Shown: positions 1 through 8,408, numbered from the stretch's first letter. The stretch is DNA of 64,000 nt from Planctomycetota bacterium (GCA_965228735.1 OZ245838.1:5056001-5120000); one strand, 5' to 3'. Notes: a model not told the origin generated them from the letters alone. Translations and numbers: made by a program.

Positions 1-8
1 AAGCCGCT

Positions 9-296
9 ATGATAGGCGGCCTCGGCGAGATGAAGAACGCCATCAGAATTGCCTTGGGCTTGACGGCGTCGGTCGGCTGGCTCGTGCCAGCGTGGCTGGC
101 GGTTTCCGAGATGGAGCGAAGACCGTTCGACTCGGACTATGTGATGACGTGCGCAGTCGTGTGTGCTTGGTGGTTCAGGGTTGCCTCTTTGTGTTGGCTG
201 GTCGCCTTCGGGGTGCTCGTTGTGCGATTTGTTCGCGCGTGGGTCTCTGCCCGTGATCGTCGGGAGGCAACGGCGGCCGGGATCAGCGAGTGCTAG
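9..296 (+). CDS. Small hypothetical membrane protein (start may be ATG 30)
   Basis: 95-aa ORF with two hydrophobic segments. Confidence 0.5.
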   Translation: MIGGLGEMKNAIRIALGLTASVGWLVPAWLAVSEMERRPFDSDYVMTCAVVCAWWFRVASLCWLVAFGVLVVRFVRAWVSARDRREATAAGISEC

Positions 297-356
297 ATCG
301 TATGCCGCCTGCGGAATCAGGCATTTCGGCAAGCCACCGAACGCAGGCAGCAGACG

Positions 357-384
357 ACGTGCGACAGGGGTTCAAGTCGCACGT
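357..384 (-). repeat. 28-bp dyad site, copy 1 (ACGTGCGACAG-GGGTTC-AAGTCGCACGT)
   Basis: Perfect 9-bp arms; 26/28 identical to the reverse complement of 3600-3627. Confidence 0.8.
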
Positions 385-430
385 GCGCGTTCGGCTCCGC
401 CGGCGCCCTAACCGATCGCGCCAAGGCGAG

Positions 431-973
431 CTAACTCGACGAGCCGGTTTGCCCGTCTTCGCGGCTCTCCCGTTCGCGTTGTGTTTCCAGGGCTTCTAGA
501 TGGCACTCGGTCATCATCCTGGCTGAGTAGCGATACGCGTCCATGGACATGATTCCTGGCGGCAGCTTCGGAGGGGCAACACCCTTCGGGAAAGCGCAGA
601 CACCTTGGAGCAGGAGTTGCATCTCCTCCCGGTCGCTCGTGCAAACGAATTGCTCCACGCGACTCAGCGTAGTAACGCGCGACGTCTGGCCGGCCGGGTA
701 GACCAGCTTTCCGACCTCTGCAAGCCGAAAGAGCCGCACCGCTTCTTCTGGGTGCTGAAACGTGACCCTGAGCCAGAACGACTGGAGCTTGGCGCAGAAC
801 ACGATGCACCGGCCCCATTGCAGAAACCCTGACTGAAACGGCTTCTGCATGAACGACTGGACCACTTCGAGCTCGACTCCGTCGGGCACGACCCCCCGAC
901 GTAGGTCCGCGACCATGCCCCGATAGAGTGCGAATTGCTCGCTGGAGAGCCGGCTGCGCCCCAAGTCGCTCAC
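431..973 (-). CDS. Hypothetical protein
   Basis: 180-aa ORF, GTG start after GAGGA, protein-like composition. Confidence 0.55.
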   Translation of the reverse strand: MSDLGRSRLSSEQFALYRGMVADLRRGVVPDGVELEVVQSFMQKPFQSGFLQWGRCIVFCAKLQSFWLRVTFQHPEEAVRLFRLAEVGKLVYPAGQTSRVTTLSRVEQFVCTSDREEMQLLLQGVCAFPKGVAPPKLPPGIMSMDAYRYSARMMTECHLEALETQRERESREDGQTGSSS

Positions 974-1340
974 GGCCCCATCCTCTCAAAGAACTGAAGG
1001 TCAGGAAAGTCGATAGGCGACGAGTCCCAAGGGCCGTCGGGTGGCCAGCGCAGGGTCGCCACCGGTCGCGAGTTCACGCAATGCGCTTGCAGATGCGCGC
1101 ACTTGGCAAACGCGTTTGATCCCATGCGCCTTCAGGTTGGCGGCTCCAGGCATCAAGTTCGAGCGCGGCCATCGGAAGGGCTGGTCACAAGTGGCTAGCC
1201 GAGGGGCTCCGCTCGCGATTCTTTCTGCAGTTGTCGTCACCTCGCCGATAGAGTTGTAAGCATCCTTCGGCATGGCGGGCGCTCGGTCTGTCCTGGCCGA
1301 TTCCGTTGCGGCCAATCCAGGACGGTTGGAGGAGAGCACG

Positions 1341-1877
1341 ATGGCATTCGATTTCAAGAATCTCGACGCGGTGACCCGGAAGCAGATGGTTAGTGAAATC
1401 GACTTGGACGTGTCACAAGGCAAGCTCTACTTGAGCAAGCACTTCAAGGACGATGTTGCCGACCAGTATGAGTCCTTGATCCGGGAAGCCGCCGAGAGTC
1501 ATGACGAGACCTGGCTAGCCAACGAGATTCGCAAGCTTGGCCTGCTCAAGACTCGGACGATGGCGAAGCACCCGAAGAAGGACACGATGATCGAGAAAGC
1601 GGTCCCAGTGACCGCAGCAGACACCTTCGCTGAGGGGGAGTTCAATCGCTTCTACGCTCGCGGCCTCTGTCAGCGGGCTGTCGCGGAGGGGATTCCAGAG
1701 GTGGAGGTTTATCGTGCGAAACAGGTGATGAACGCACGTTCGGCCTCCGAGGAGATGATCGGAAAGCGCCTCGAAGCACGGGCGCTGCTGGCCGATCTCC
1801 GGACGTCGCTTGGCGTCGACACGGCCCTTCAACTGCCGCCGGGCCCAAACTCCGGTCTCTCGGTTTTCCTTCCCTAG
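1341..1877 (+). CDS. Hypothetical cytoplasmic protein (island cargo)
   Basis: GGAGGAG RBS before ATG 1341 (MAFDFKNLD); globular composition with motif-like segments FAEGEFNRFYARG and PGPNSGLSV. Confidence 0.8.
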   Translation: MAFDFKNLDAVTRKQMVSEIDLDVSQGKLYLSKHFKDDVADQYESLIREAAESHDETWLANEIRKLGLLKTRTMAKHPKKDTMIEKAVPVTAADTFAEGEFNRFYARGLCQRAVAEGIPEVEVYRAKQVMNARSASEEMIGKRLEARALLADLRTSLGVDTALQLPPGPNSGLSVFLP

Positions 1878-1937
1878 GCGAGGGTTTGCTCGTGCGGCAA
1901 GCCCGTTCGAATTGGCGACTAGGGCGCTCTCACGCCC

Positions 1938-1965
1938 ACGTGCGACTCGGCGTGTTGCCGAACGA
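1938..1965 (+). repeat. Degenerate 28-bp dyad site (ACGTGCGACTC-GGCGTG-TTGCCGAACGA)
   Basis: Left arm 10/11 and right arm 8/11 to the consensus, same spacing. Confidence 0.45.
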
Positions 1966-2217
1966 TCAGTGTCGCTGGAGCACTTGGAACGGCGAATCCA
2001 CCAGGTGGCGGCGCGCCGGTCTACCGTAGTTGCATGCTTCCTGCGCCTGCCGCACAACAAGTGCGACGACATGTCGCGATTAAGTCATCGTCGACGACGG
2101 GGGTTGGCGTCAGCATCGTCGGCTGATACGAAGGCAGATGGAGCGTCCTCGGGATTCAGCCAGGTGGGTTGCGCCCCGGCAGGAAGTTCCTCCACGAACC
2201 TCTGAGAAGGAAACGAG

Positions 2218-2772
2218 ATGAACCTATCGAGTTTGTCCGCTGCTGTGCTTGCGTTCTTCGTAGTCGCTGACGAGACGCTCTCTCCCACCCCTCCGTTTGA
2301 CTGCGTCTGCGCTGTGCTCAACTCGATCAGCACGACGACGAGTTCAGGCTCGTGCACGACGGGCGGAGCCAGCGTTCCGTGCTTCTCGGCTAGCACGGTT
2401 ACGTATCCGCAGGGTGGTGAACCATCCGACGGAGAATGCCACGACTTGCCGGCCTGCAGTGGGCCGAACGTTTGCACCTACAAGAACATGCAGGTCACAG
2501 TCACGATTGCACCGTGCGCAGCGAGTTGTGGCGTAAAGGCGACTGTTCCATTCGAGGAGCGGCACCCGGAGGCGCCGACACACAACCTGAACGGGACACA
2601 GGCCGTGGGGACGTCTGCTCCCTACGTGTTCAAGCCGCACGGCATTTCCCAAGACTGCGGAACGGGCCAAAAGACCATGTATATCCGCTGGCTAAAGAAG
2701 AACGGCCTCAACGCGTTCGAGCTGACTGGGAAGTTCGGTTGCGGTGACTGCGACGTCGGGGGCGACATCTGA
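2218..2772 (+). CDS. Secreted cysteine-rich protein
   Basis: Hydrophobic N-terminus, 12 Cys in 184 aa, AAGGA before ATG. Confidence 0.7.
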   Translation: MNLSSLSAAVLAFFVVADETLSPTPPFDCVCAVLNSISTTTSSGSCTTGGASVPCFSASTVTYPQGGEPSDGECHDLPACSGPNVCTYKNMQVTVTIAPCAASCGVKATVPFEERHPEAPTHNLNGTQAVGTSAPYVFKPHGISQDCGTGQKTMYIRWLKKNGLNAFELTGKFGCGDCDVGGDI

Positions 2773-2808
2773 GGCACCCACCCGACTTCACTCCATCCGA
2801 GATAAGAA

Positions 2809-3600
2809 GTGAAAGCTCTCCTCGCACTCGGGTGCCTCGCTCTCGCGGGCACGCTCTGGCTCATTTGCTGTAATCCCGATCGAGGGCCTGTGCCGACCCC
2901 TACAGGTGTTGGTGGGGAGGCGCATCCTGATCCAAGTCAGAAGCATCCCGAGCGTGAAGGCGCCCGCGTCGACGCCAACCCGACAGTTGGTAGCAGGCAA
3001 GAAGGACCACTCTCGCCGCTTGATCGACTCGCCAGCATGCACATGCAGCCAGCGCCTCACGAGTTGCAGCAGTCCTACGCAATCGTCGCGGCGCGGGAAA
3101 CCGAGAGCTTCCAAGAAAGGGCCGACGCCCTCGCGGCCTCACAGGACGACGGAATCGACTCATACCTGGCGTTCCTTCTCGCGAAACGACAGTGCATCGT
3201 TCGTAAGCTCGGTGAAGAGGCGCTCAGACGGAACGAAGGAGTCCTGGCTTTCGAAGGACTTGAGGCCACGAGTGTGCCGAAGGATACTCCCGTCATTCGA
3301 TACCTCGGTGTCACCACCGAGTTTGGACGAAAAGCCGACTTGCTGGTAGTCGTGGGGCGCGAGGAGACGGCCGAAAGTCGGACTGTGACAGAGTTGTCGA
3401 ACGGGATAATGGACGTAGCCACCTCGCTTCTCCGGGAGCGGATAGCTACTTTCAACTCGCTTTCCGAGAGTGAGCGTCGCGATGCGTTCGCACGAGAAGC
3501 GAAGGGTGAAGCTCTGCCGGGAATCACTGACGACCTCCTTCACCTTGTGGGGCATCGAATTGTGAGCTACAAGGAATCCGCTCTGCTCGGAATCAAGTGA
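2809..3600 (+). CDS. Hypothetical exported or membrane-anchored protein
   Basis: Signal-like N-terminus, Pro-rich linker, helical domain; co-oriented with the upstream gene. Confidence 0.7.
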   Translation: MKALLALGCLALAGTLWLICCNPDRGPVPTPTGVGGEAHPDPSQKHPEREGARVDANPTVGSRQEGPLSPLDRLASMHMQPAPHELQQSYAIVAARETESFQERADALAASQDDGIDSYLAFLLAKRQCIVRKLGEEALRRNEGVLAFEGLEATSVPKDTPVIRYLGVTTEFGRKADLLVVVGREETAESRTVTELSNGIMDVATSLLRERIATFNSLSESERRDAFAREAKGEALPGITDDLLHLVGHRIVSYKESALLGIK

Positions 3601-3627
3601 GGTGCGACTTGAACCGCTGTCGCACGT
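3600..3627 (+). repeat. 28-bp dyad site (AGGTGCGACTT-GAACCG-CTGTCGCACGT)
   Basis: Inverted near-identical copy of 357-384; starts on the last base of the upstream stop codon. Confidence 0.8.
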
Positions 3628-3641
3628 AGGCCCTTTGTCGA

Positions 3642-4214
3642 TCACTCTTGCACGACCCATGAGGCTGTTTCGCCGCCCGGGTTGAAGACCGCGACGAAGC
3701 CCTTCTTTCTCACGACTCCCATCGCTGCCCGCTGTTTTCCATCCGCATCATCGAACCGGATGAAAGGGTTGTCGGCCGAGATGGCGACACCACGCTTCCC
3801 TTCGGCGGACTGCAGCAGGTCGAAGCTGGTCCCGCTGTTGAGCGTGAACTTGGCTTTGCCGCTGGTGAGGATGCCTCGCTCCTTGGCGGCGGAGGTCAGC
3901 GTTAGATCGCCCATCTCGACGCCGATCCTCGTCCCTGGCTGAGATTCCCCCACGGGAGAGTAGAGCACCAACTGGCCTGACTTGCCCTCTTCGCACGAGC
4001 CCAGAACTGCGACTGCGCGGCCATCTTCGCGAACGATCGACAACGACCGCACTCGCAGATCCCCCTTCACTGGTGGGCCTTGCTGGCAGGCGAGCAAGAT
4101 CGCCGCGGTCGCGCAGATACCGACCGCGACTGCTACCACTCGCCACAATCGAGTTTCAGCTTCGAGGCGGGCAAGGCGAGATTCGAGGCGCTGATTTGAC
4201 AGAGTCGCTTGCAT
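3642..4214 (-). CDS. Hypothetical membrane-anchored protein (coiled coil, TM helix, beta-rich domain)
   Basis: LESRLARLEAE heptad, TM segment, repeated beta-hairpin motifs. Confidence 0.75.
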   Translation of the reverse strand: MQATLSNQRLESRLARLEAETRLWRVVAVAVGICATAAILLACQQGPPVKGDLRVRSLSIVREDGRAVAVLGSCEEGKSGQLVLYSPVGESQPGTRIGVEMGDLTLTSAAKERGILTSGKAKFTLNSGTSFDLLQSAEGKRGVAISADNPFIRFDDADGKQRAAMGVVRKKGFVAVFNPGGETASWVVQE

Positions 4215-4216
4215 GG

Positions 4217-4244
4217 CGCCACCGAACTTATAAGTTCGGTGGCG
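4217..4244. promoter_or_regulatory. Perfect 28-bp palindrome CGCCACCGAAC-TTATAA-GTTCGGTGGCG between divergent genes (operator/promoter or recombination site)
   Basis: Exactly self-complementary; fills nearly the whole gap between ATG 4214 (-) and GTG 4244 (+). Confidence 0.75.
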
Positions 4245-4432
4245 TGAAGTCGATCACCATGGAGGCCCTCCGGCACGATCTCACGGTCGTCCGGAAGTCC
4301 GTAGAGAAGGACTCCGACAGGTGGATCGTCACGTTCCGCGACTCGCCGAGGTTTGCGATTGTGCCGTTGGCAGATCTGGAGCGACTCCGGAGAGCCGACG
4401 CACGCGCGAAGCCGGCACGCCGTCGGAAGTAG
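4244..4432 (+). CDS. Phd/YefM-family antitoxin-like DNA-binding protein
   Basis: MKSITMEALRHDLTVVRKSVEKDSDRWIVTFRDSPRFAIVPLADLERL fits the Phd beta-alpha-alpha-beta-beta pattern; GTG start. Confidence 0.7.
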   Translation: MKSITMEALRHDLTVVRKSVEKDSDRWIVTFRDSPRFAIVPLADLERLRRADARAKPARRRK

Positions 4433-4521
4433 CTCTTTCCCCGTTCCTTGAAGAAGCGAGCCCCGCCGGCGCTGGAACGCCGACGAGGCTCTTGGCACCC
4501 CCTGCAGAACCAGGAGGCCCC

Positions 4522-5523
4522 ATGACAGCTGCTGTATCCCTTCCCGCAGTCGCGCACAACAGCGCGCGCCTGCCCGCGCTGCGACCCGTTGCCGCAGCTG
4601 CTCTCGACGTCGATCCGCGCACGATCATCGAGCGCTGGCTCGCGGCCCTCTCTCCAAGCGCGCGTCGCTCGTATCGTCGCGGGCTCGCACGCTTCGCCAC
4701 CTGGGCGTTGGCTGACGACGCGCGGCCCGAACGTGCGCTGGAAGCCCTGTGCGCGATGACCGTCGGCCAAGCCGGGGAGATGGTGCGGCGCTGGCGCGAC
4801 GAGTTGCTCGACGAGGGGCTGGCGCCTGGCACTGTCGCTGGCGCGGTCACGAGCATCACCTCCCTGCTCGCAACGTGCCGCCGCGCTGGGCTCGTGTTGT
4901 GGCGCCTCGAGAGGGTCGCCCCGCGCGCCGAGCGGCGCCTGGACCGCAGTGGCCCGCGCCGCGGCGACGTCGAGCGCCTGTTCGCCACGATCGACGACGC
5001 GGCCGACACAGGCGACCGCCAGGCGATCCGCGATGCGGCGCTGCTGCGGGTGCTCTACGTCGGCGCTTTCCGAAGGGCCGAGGTCGTCGGGCTCCGGTTC
5101 CCCGAGGACGTCAACCTTGAGGCCGCCGACGGCCCGGTCGTGCGCCCCCGTCGCAAGGGGCATCGCGAGCGGAAGGACGTGCTGATCTCAGCCCGCTGCG
5201 CACAAGCTCTCACCCGGTGGATCGAGGTGCGCGGCGCGGATCCCGGTCCCCTGTTCCGTCGAACGCGCGCGGTCGACCCGAGCGTGCCGTTGAGCGGCGA
5301 GTCCGTGCGGCGCGCACTGCGGCGCTGGGCAAAGGCCGCCGGCATCAAGGCCGCCGTTCGCCCTCACGGGCTCAGGCACAGCAGCGCGACGACTGTCGCG
5401 AAGCGCGGCTCATTGGCCGAAGTCATGGCGATTGGCGGCTGGTCGAGCTTCTCTTCGGCCGAGCGTTACCTGGACCGTCGAACCGAAGAGCGGCGCACGG
5501 CGCTAGCGCTGGTGGACGTCTGA
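4522..5523 (+). CDS. Tyrosine recombinase, XerC/Cre-like, without arm-binding domain
   Basis: AGGAGG RBS; catalytic R (GAFRRAEV), K (RRKGH), HGLRH, W (GGWSS), Y (AERYL). Confidence 0.92.
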   Translation: MTAAVSLPAVAHNSARLPALRPVAAAALDVDPRTIIERWLAALSPSARRSYRRGLARFATWALADDARPERALEALCAMTVGQAGEMVRRWRDELLDEGLAPGTVAGAVTSITSLLATCRRAGLVLWRLERVAPRAERRLDRSGPRRGDVERLFATIDDAADTGDRQAIRDAALLRVLYVGAFRRAEVVGLRFPEDVNLEAADGPVVRPRRKGHRERKDVLISARCAQALTRWIEVRGADPGPLFRRTRAVDPSVPLSGESVRRALRRWAKAAGIKAAVRPHGLRHSSATTVAKRGSLAEVMAIGGWSSFSSAERYLDRRTEERRTALALVDV

Positions 5524-5525
5524 TG

Positions 5526-5553
5526 GCGTGCGACTTTGCGACCTGTCGCACGA
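5526..5553 (+). repeat. 28-bp dyad site just after the recombinase stop (GCGTGCGACTT-TGCGAC-CTGTCGCACGA)
   Basis: Same arm cores as 3600-3627 with a different central hexamer. Confidence 0.75.
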
Positions 5554-5699
5554 ACCAGCTGGATCTTCGCAGCGCGTGCGCGAAACTCGACACACCGGGC
5601 AACGGTCGGGTTGATCCCCCGGCCGGCGCCGACTCGAACGAACTGCCCGAAGGCGGCGCAGCCCGGCATCTTCAACCTTCGGGCCGAAGGCAGTTCCCG

Positions 5700-6509
5700 A
5701 TGAGCGACGAAACGGCGCGGGCGCCGGAGGAGCCGCACGGTGACCCGGTTGCCGTCGTGCGAGGGTTCCAGGCATGGCTCTTGCGGTTGCGGTGCAAGGC
5801 CCGGATCGAGCAGGTCGGCCACGCGCGACTCGACGATCTGAGATCGTTGCTTGCGGCGGTTCACGCAAACCCCAAGAAGGCCCCGGCGTTCGGGCAGGCG
5901 TTCGTAGCGTCTTACCGACGCCTGAAGGCTGAGATCGCGAACGATCTCACTGCGACCGAGGATCGTGTCGGCGATATCCTCGACGAGTGCTTCGACACAC
6001 AGTGGAGCACGCTCCAACACGCATTCGACGGTCGCGAGCCTGGGACTCCAATGGGTCGAATGCTCACACTCTCGCTCGTCAACGAGCGAGAGCGCCGAAC
6101 TCTGGACCGGCTTGGCCTCAAAGTCCGGCGTCGTGAGTTCGAGAAGCCATTGGTAGCTGGCGCCATCGACCTCCTCGAAGAGGCCGAGGCGGCGACCATC
6201 GCAGTGATGCGGCGGATTCCGCGCGCGGCGGAAACGCACAACGGCGAGATGGTCGTCGCTGATGCGGCGTTCCTAGCCGCCGAGCAACTCGGTGACGACA
6301 CAATCACTTTCGACGCGGTTCGTGGCTGGACCAGGCGCAAGGACGATCCGCTCCCACACACAAAAGCCGGCCGCAAGACGTTCGTCAAGCTGAGCGACGT
6401 GCTCACCGAGGCGATCCGCAAGGGCAAAGGGCGACCAAGAACGACCAGAGCCGACCAAAGCCAACCACTGCGACCAAACGACGAAACCTCCGTCGCTGAC
6501 GAAACGTAA
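5700..6509 (+). CDS. Hypothetical protein with C-terminal Xis/MerR-like winged HTH
   Basis: C-terminal FDAVRGWTRRKDDPLPHTKAGRKTFVKLSDVL; ATG 5700 in frame with the 5217-6509 ORF. Confidence 0.65.
   Translation: MSDETARAPEEPHGDPVAVVRGFQAWLLRLRCKARIEQVGHARLDDLRSLLAAVHANPKKAPAFGQAFVASYRRLKAEIANDLTATEDRVGDILDECFDTQWSTLQHAFDGREPGTPMGRMLTLSLVNERERRTLDRLGLKVRRREFEKPLVAGAIDLLEEAEAATIAVMRRIPRAAETHNGEMVVADAAFLAAEQLGDDTITFDAVRGWTRRKDDPLPHTKAGRKTFVKLSDVLTEAIRKGKGRPRTTRADQSQPLRPNDETSVADET
6432..6486 (+). repeat. Phased CGACCA direct repeats with about 10-bp period
   Basis: Units at 6432, 6442, 6452, 6462 (CAACCA), 6471 and 6479 (CGACGA). Confidence 0.6.
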
Positions 6510-6517
6510 GTGGTCAC

Positions 6518-6724
6518 ATGAACGCTACCGAATCCCGGCTGCTGACCACCGACGAACTGGCCCGACGGCTCCATGTCGGCAGCGCAAAGATTCGTGATCT
6601 GGCGCGCGCGGGCCGTATCCCGAGTATCCGAGTCGGCAAGGCTCTGCGGTTTGACTGGCGCGAGGTGGTCACAGCCTTGCGGACCAAAGGCAACGCGGAG
6701 CGCGAGGAGGCGCGGTCGGCATGA
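6518..6724 (+). CDS. Excisionase-like HTH protein (HTH_17 type)
   Basis: LLTTDELARRLHVG...IRDLARAGRIPSIRVGKALRF. Confidence 0.88.
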   Translation: MNATESRLLTTDELARRLHVGSAKIRDLARAGRIPSIRVGKALRFDWREVVTALRTKGNAEREEARSA

Positions 6725-7020
6725 GCGATTTGCCCGCAAGTCGCACGCCCGACGCCGGTCGGATGCTGAACGTCCGCGACCTGGCGCGGGACGTTGGCAT
6801 GCAGCCGGTGGACCTCGTGCGCGAACTCGTCGCCGATGGCGTCGCCGTCGCGCAGGTGACCGCGCGCGGCTACCGCGTCGCGTCGGCTGACTGGAACGAT
6901 TGGCTCGCGCGCCGGCAGCAAAGGTGCGCAGCGGCGTTCGAGCAGCGCGAGCGTCGGGCCGACTACGTTCGCGACCGTGAGGGCGAGCCGCCGAAGCGGC
7001 GGGCGGTGTTCACGCGATGA
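6721..7020 (+). CDS. Second HTH/Xis-like small protein
   Basis: MLNVRDLARDVGM...GYRVASADWNDWL; ATGA overlap with the upstream gene. Confidence 0.65.
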   Translation: MSDLPASRTPDAGRMLNVRDLARDVGMQPVDLVRELVADGVAVAQVTARGYRVASADWNDWLARRQQRCAAAFEQRERRADYVRDREGEPPKRRAVFTR

Positions 7021-7025
7021 CGTTG

Positions 7026-8315
7026 TTACTGCGCGACAGCCTTCGGCCGCTTGACGCTCGGGTCGACCATCCAGAGCAACGGATCGAGTGCGCGAGCGGC
7101 GTAGTGGCGGACGTTCGTCGGCGTCGCGTGCTCGTAGCCGCGGCCGACTGTGCTCGGCGCATGGTCGGTGATGGCGTCGCGGACGTGCTCCGGCACGCCA
7201 GCATCGGCGAGAATCGTGCGGAACGAGTGGCGAAGTGCGTGCGGATGGAACCTGGCTCGGAGCCGCTCGGGCAGATCCTCCCGGCAGCGCCGGAACACGC
7301 GGTCGATCGTGCCCGTTCGGCGTTCGGTGTCCGTGCGCGGGCGGTTGCCGGGTTTCCGCGGGCCGCGAGCGGCACCGCATGGGATCAGGTGGCCGGTTTC
7401 ATCGGCGCTCTCGCGGAGCACGGAGAGCGCGTATGCCAACGGTGCGGCAATCGGCACGCGGCTGCTCTCGGATCGCTTCTGCGCGAGGTCGCGAACGAAG
7501 CCGGCCTGCTCGTCGATGTTCGCCACCGTGACATGGCACAGCCCCTCGCGGCGCAACCCCGAGAAGAGCAGCGCTCCGACGACTGCCGCATCCCAATCGG
7601 CCGCTCGAGCCGATCGCTCGCGCAGCGCGGCGAACAAGTCGCCGAGTTCGTCGATGTCGAACACGTCGCTCGATTTACGCTTCGCGCGAGGTCGCTCCAC
7701 GCGATCCAGCGGGTTCGCGCCGGCGAACCGGCCGCGCCTGATCGCGAGCCGGAACACCCGGTTGAGTGCGCCGAGGCCCTTTCGGATGCGTGTATCGCTT
7801 GGCGGCTTCCCGCGGACGCGCGCGGCACGGCGGGCGGTAACGAACTCGTCAATTCGGGTAGCCGTGATCGCGTGCAGCGGGGTGTCCGGACCGAAGAAGT
7901 CGCAGATCGTGACGAAGTGCTCGTGGTAGCTGCGCCAGGTGCCGTCGTTGCTGTTCACGGTGTCGAGCACTGCCTGGCAGGCTTCCTGAAGCGTGACGAA
8001 CTCGATGCCCTCTCCGGCGTCTCGGCGTTCGCGCATCGCAGCGGCGTCGCGTTTCGCCTGTTCCCTCGTCGTCCACGTGCCGACCTTGACCTTTCCGGCG
8101 ACCTTCATCCGCGCGCGGAAGCGCCAGCCGTCGTGCGAGAACCAACGGTGCTCGCAGCCAGCGACTTTGGCCGGTGCCTTCGTCTTCCGGAGGCGGCGTC
8201 GTTGGGGGGAATCCGCCAGTTTCGCGGGGTTCGTGTCACCCAAAGTGTCACCGCGCCGCAGATCGCTCTTTCGGGTCATGCCGTCCATTTGGCCATTGGA
8301 GGGCAGGAAGCGCAA
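7026..8315 (-). CDS. int: Phage-type tyrosine integrase (true start possibly ATG 8288 or 8279)
   Basis: N-terminal arm-binding-like domain, SGLRREG, HALRHSF, DH...GYEH catalytic motifs; adjacent to tRNA att. Confidence 0.93.
   Translation of the reverse strand: MRFLPSNGQMDGMTRKSDLRRGDTLGDTNPAKLADSPQRRRLRKTKAPAKVAGCEHRWFSHDGWRFRARMKVAGKVKVGTWTTREQAKRDAAAMRERRDAGEGIEFVTLQEACQAVLDTVNSNDGTWRSYHEHFVTICDFFGPDTPLHAITATRIDEFVTARRAARVRGKPPSDTRIRKGLGALNRVFRLAIRRGRFAGANPLDRVERPRAKRKSSDVFDIDELGDLFAALRERSARAADWDAAVVGALLFSGLRREGLCHVTVANIDEQAGFVRDLAQKRSESSRVPIAAPLAYALSVLRESADETGHLIPCGAARGPRKPGNRPRTDTERRTGTIDRVFRRCREDLPERLRARFHPHALRHSFRTILADAGVPEHVRDAITDHAPSTVGRGYEHATPTNVRHYAARALDPLLWMVDPSVKRPKAVAQ
8233..8252. 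repeat. GTGTCACC direct repeat, putative integrase arm-type site
   Basis: GTGTCACC-CAAA-GTGTCACC about 100 bp from the att core. Confidence 0.5.
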
Positions 8316-8354
8316 CTAATCGGAGATTGGAGAATGAGCCGATGCCTCGTAACA

Positions 8355-8405
<51 letters not shown>

Positions 8406-8408
8406 CAC

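Noticed and set aside
333..395. Integron attC site (CCGAAC...GTTCGGC hairpin)
   Set aside because: L-box spacing does not fit attC, no such envelope surrounds the other dyad sites, and I could not see an IntI-specific insertion in either recombinase
2059..2080. Additional dyad site (AAGTGCGACGA...)
   Set aside because: Only a half site; no matching second arm at the right spacing
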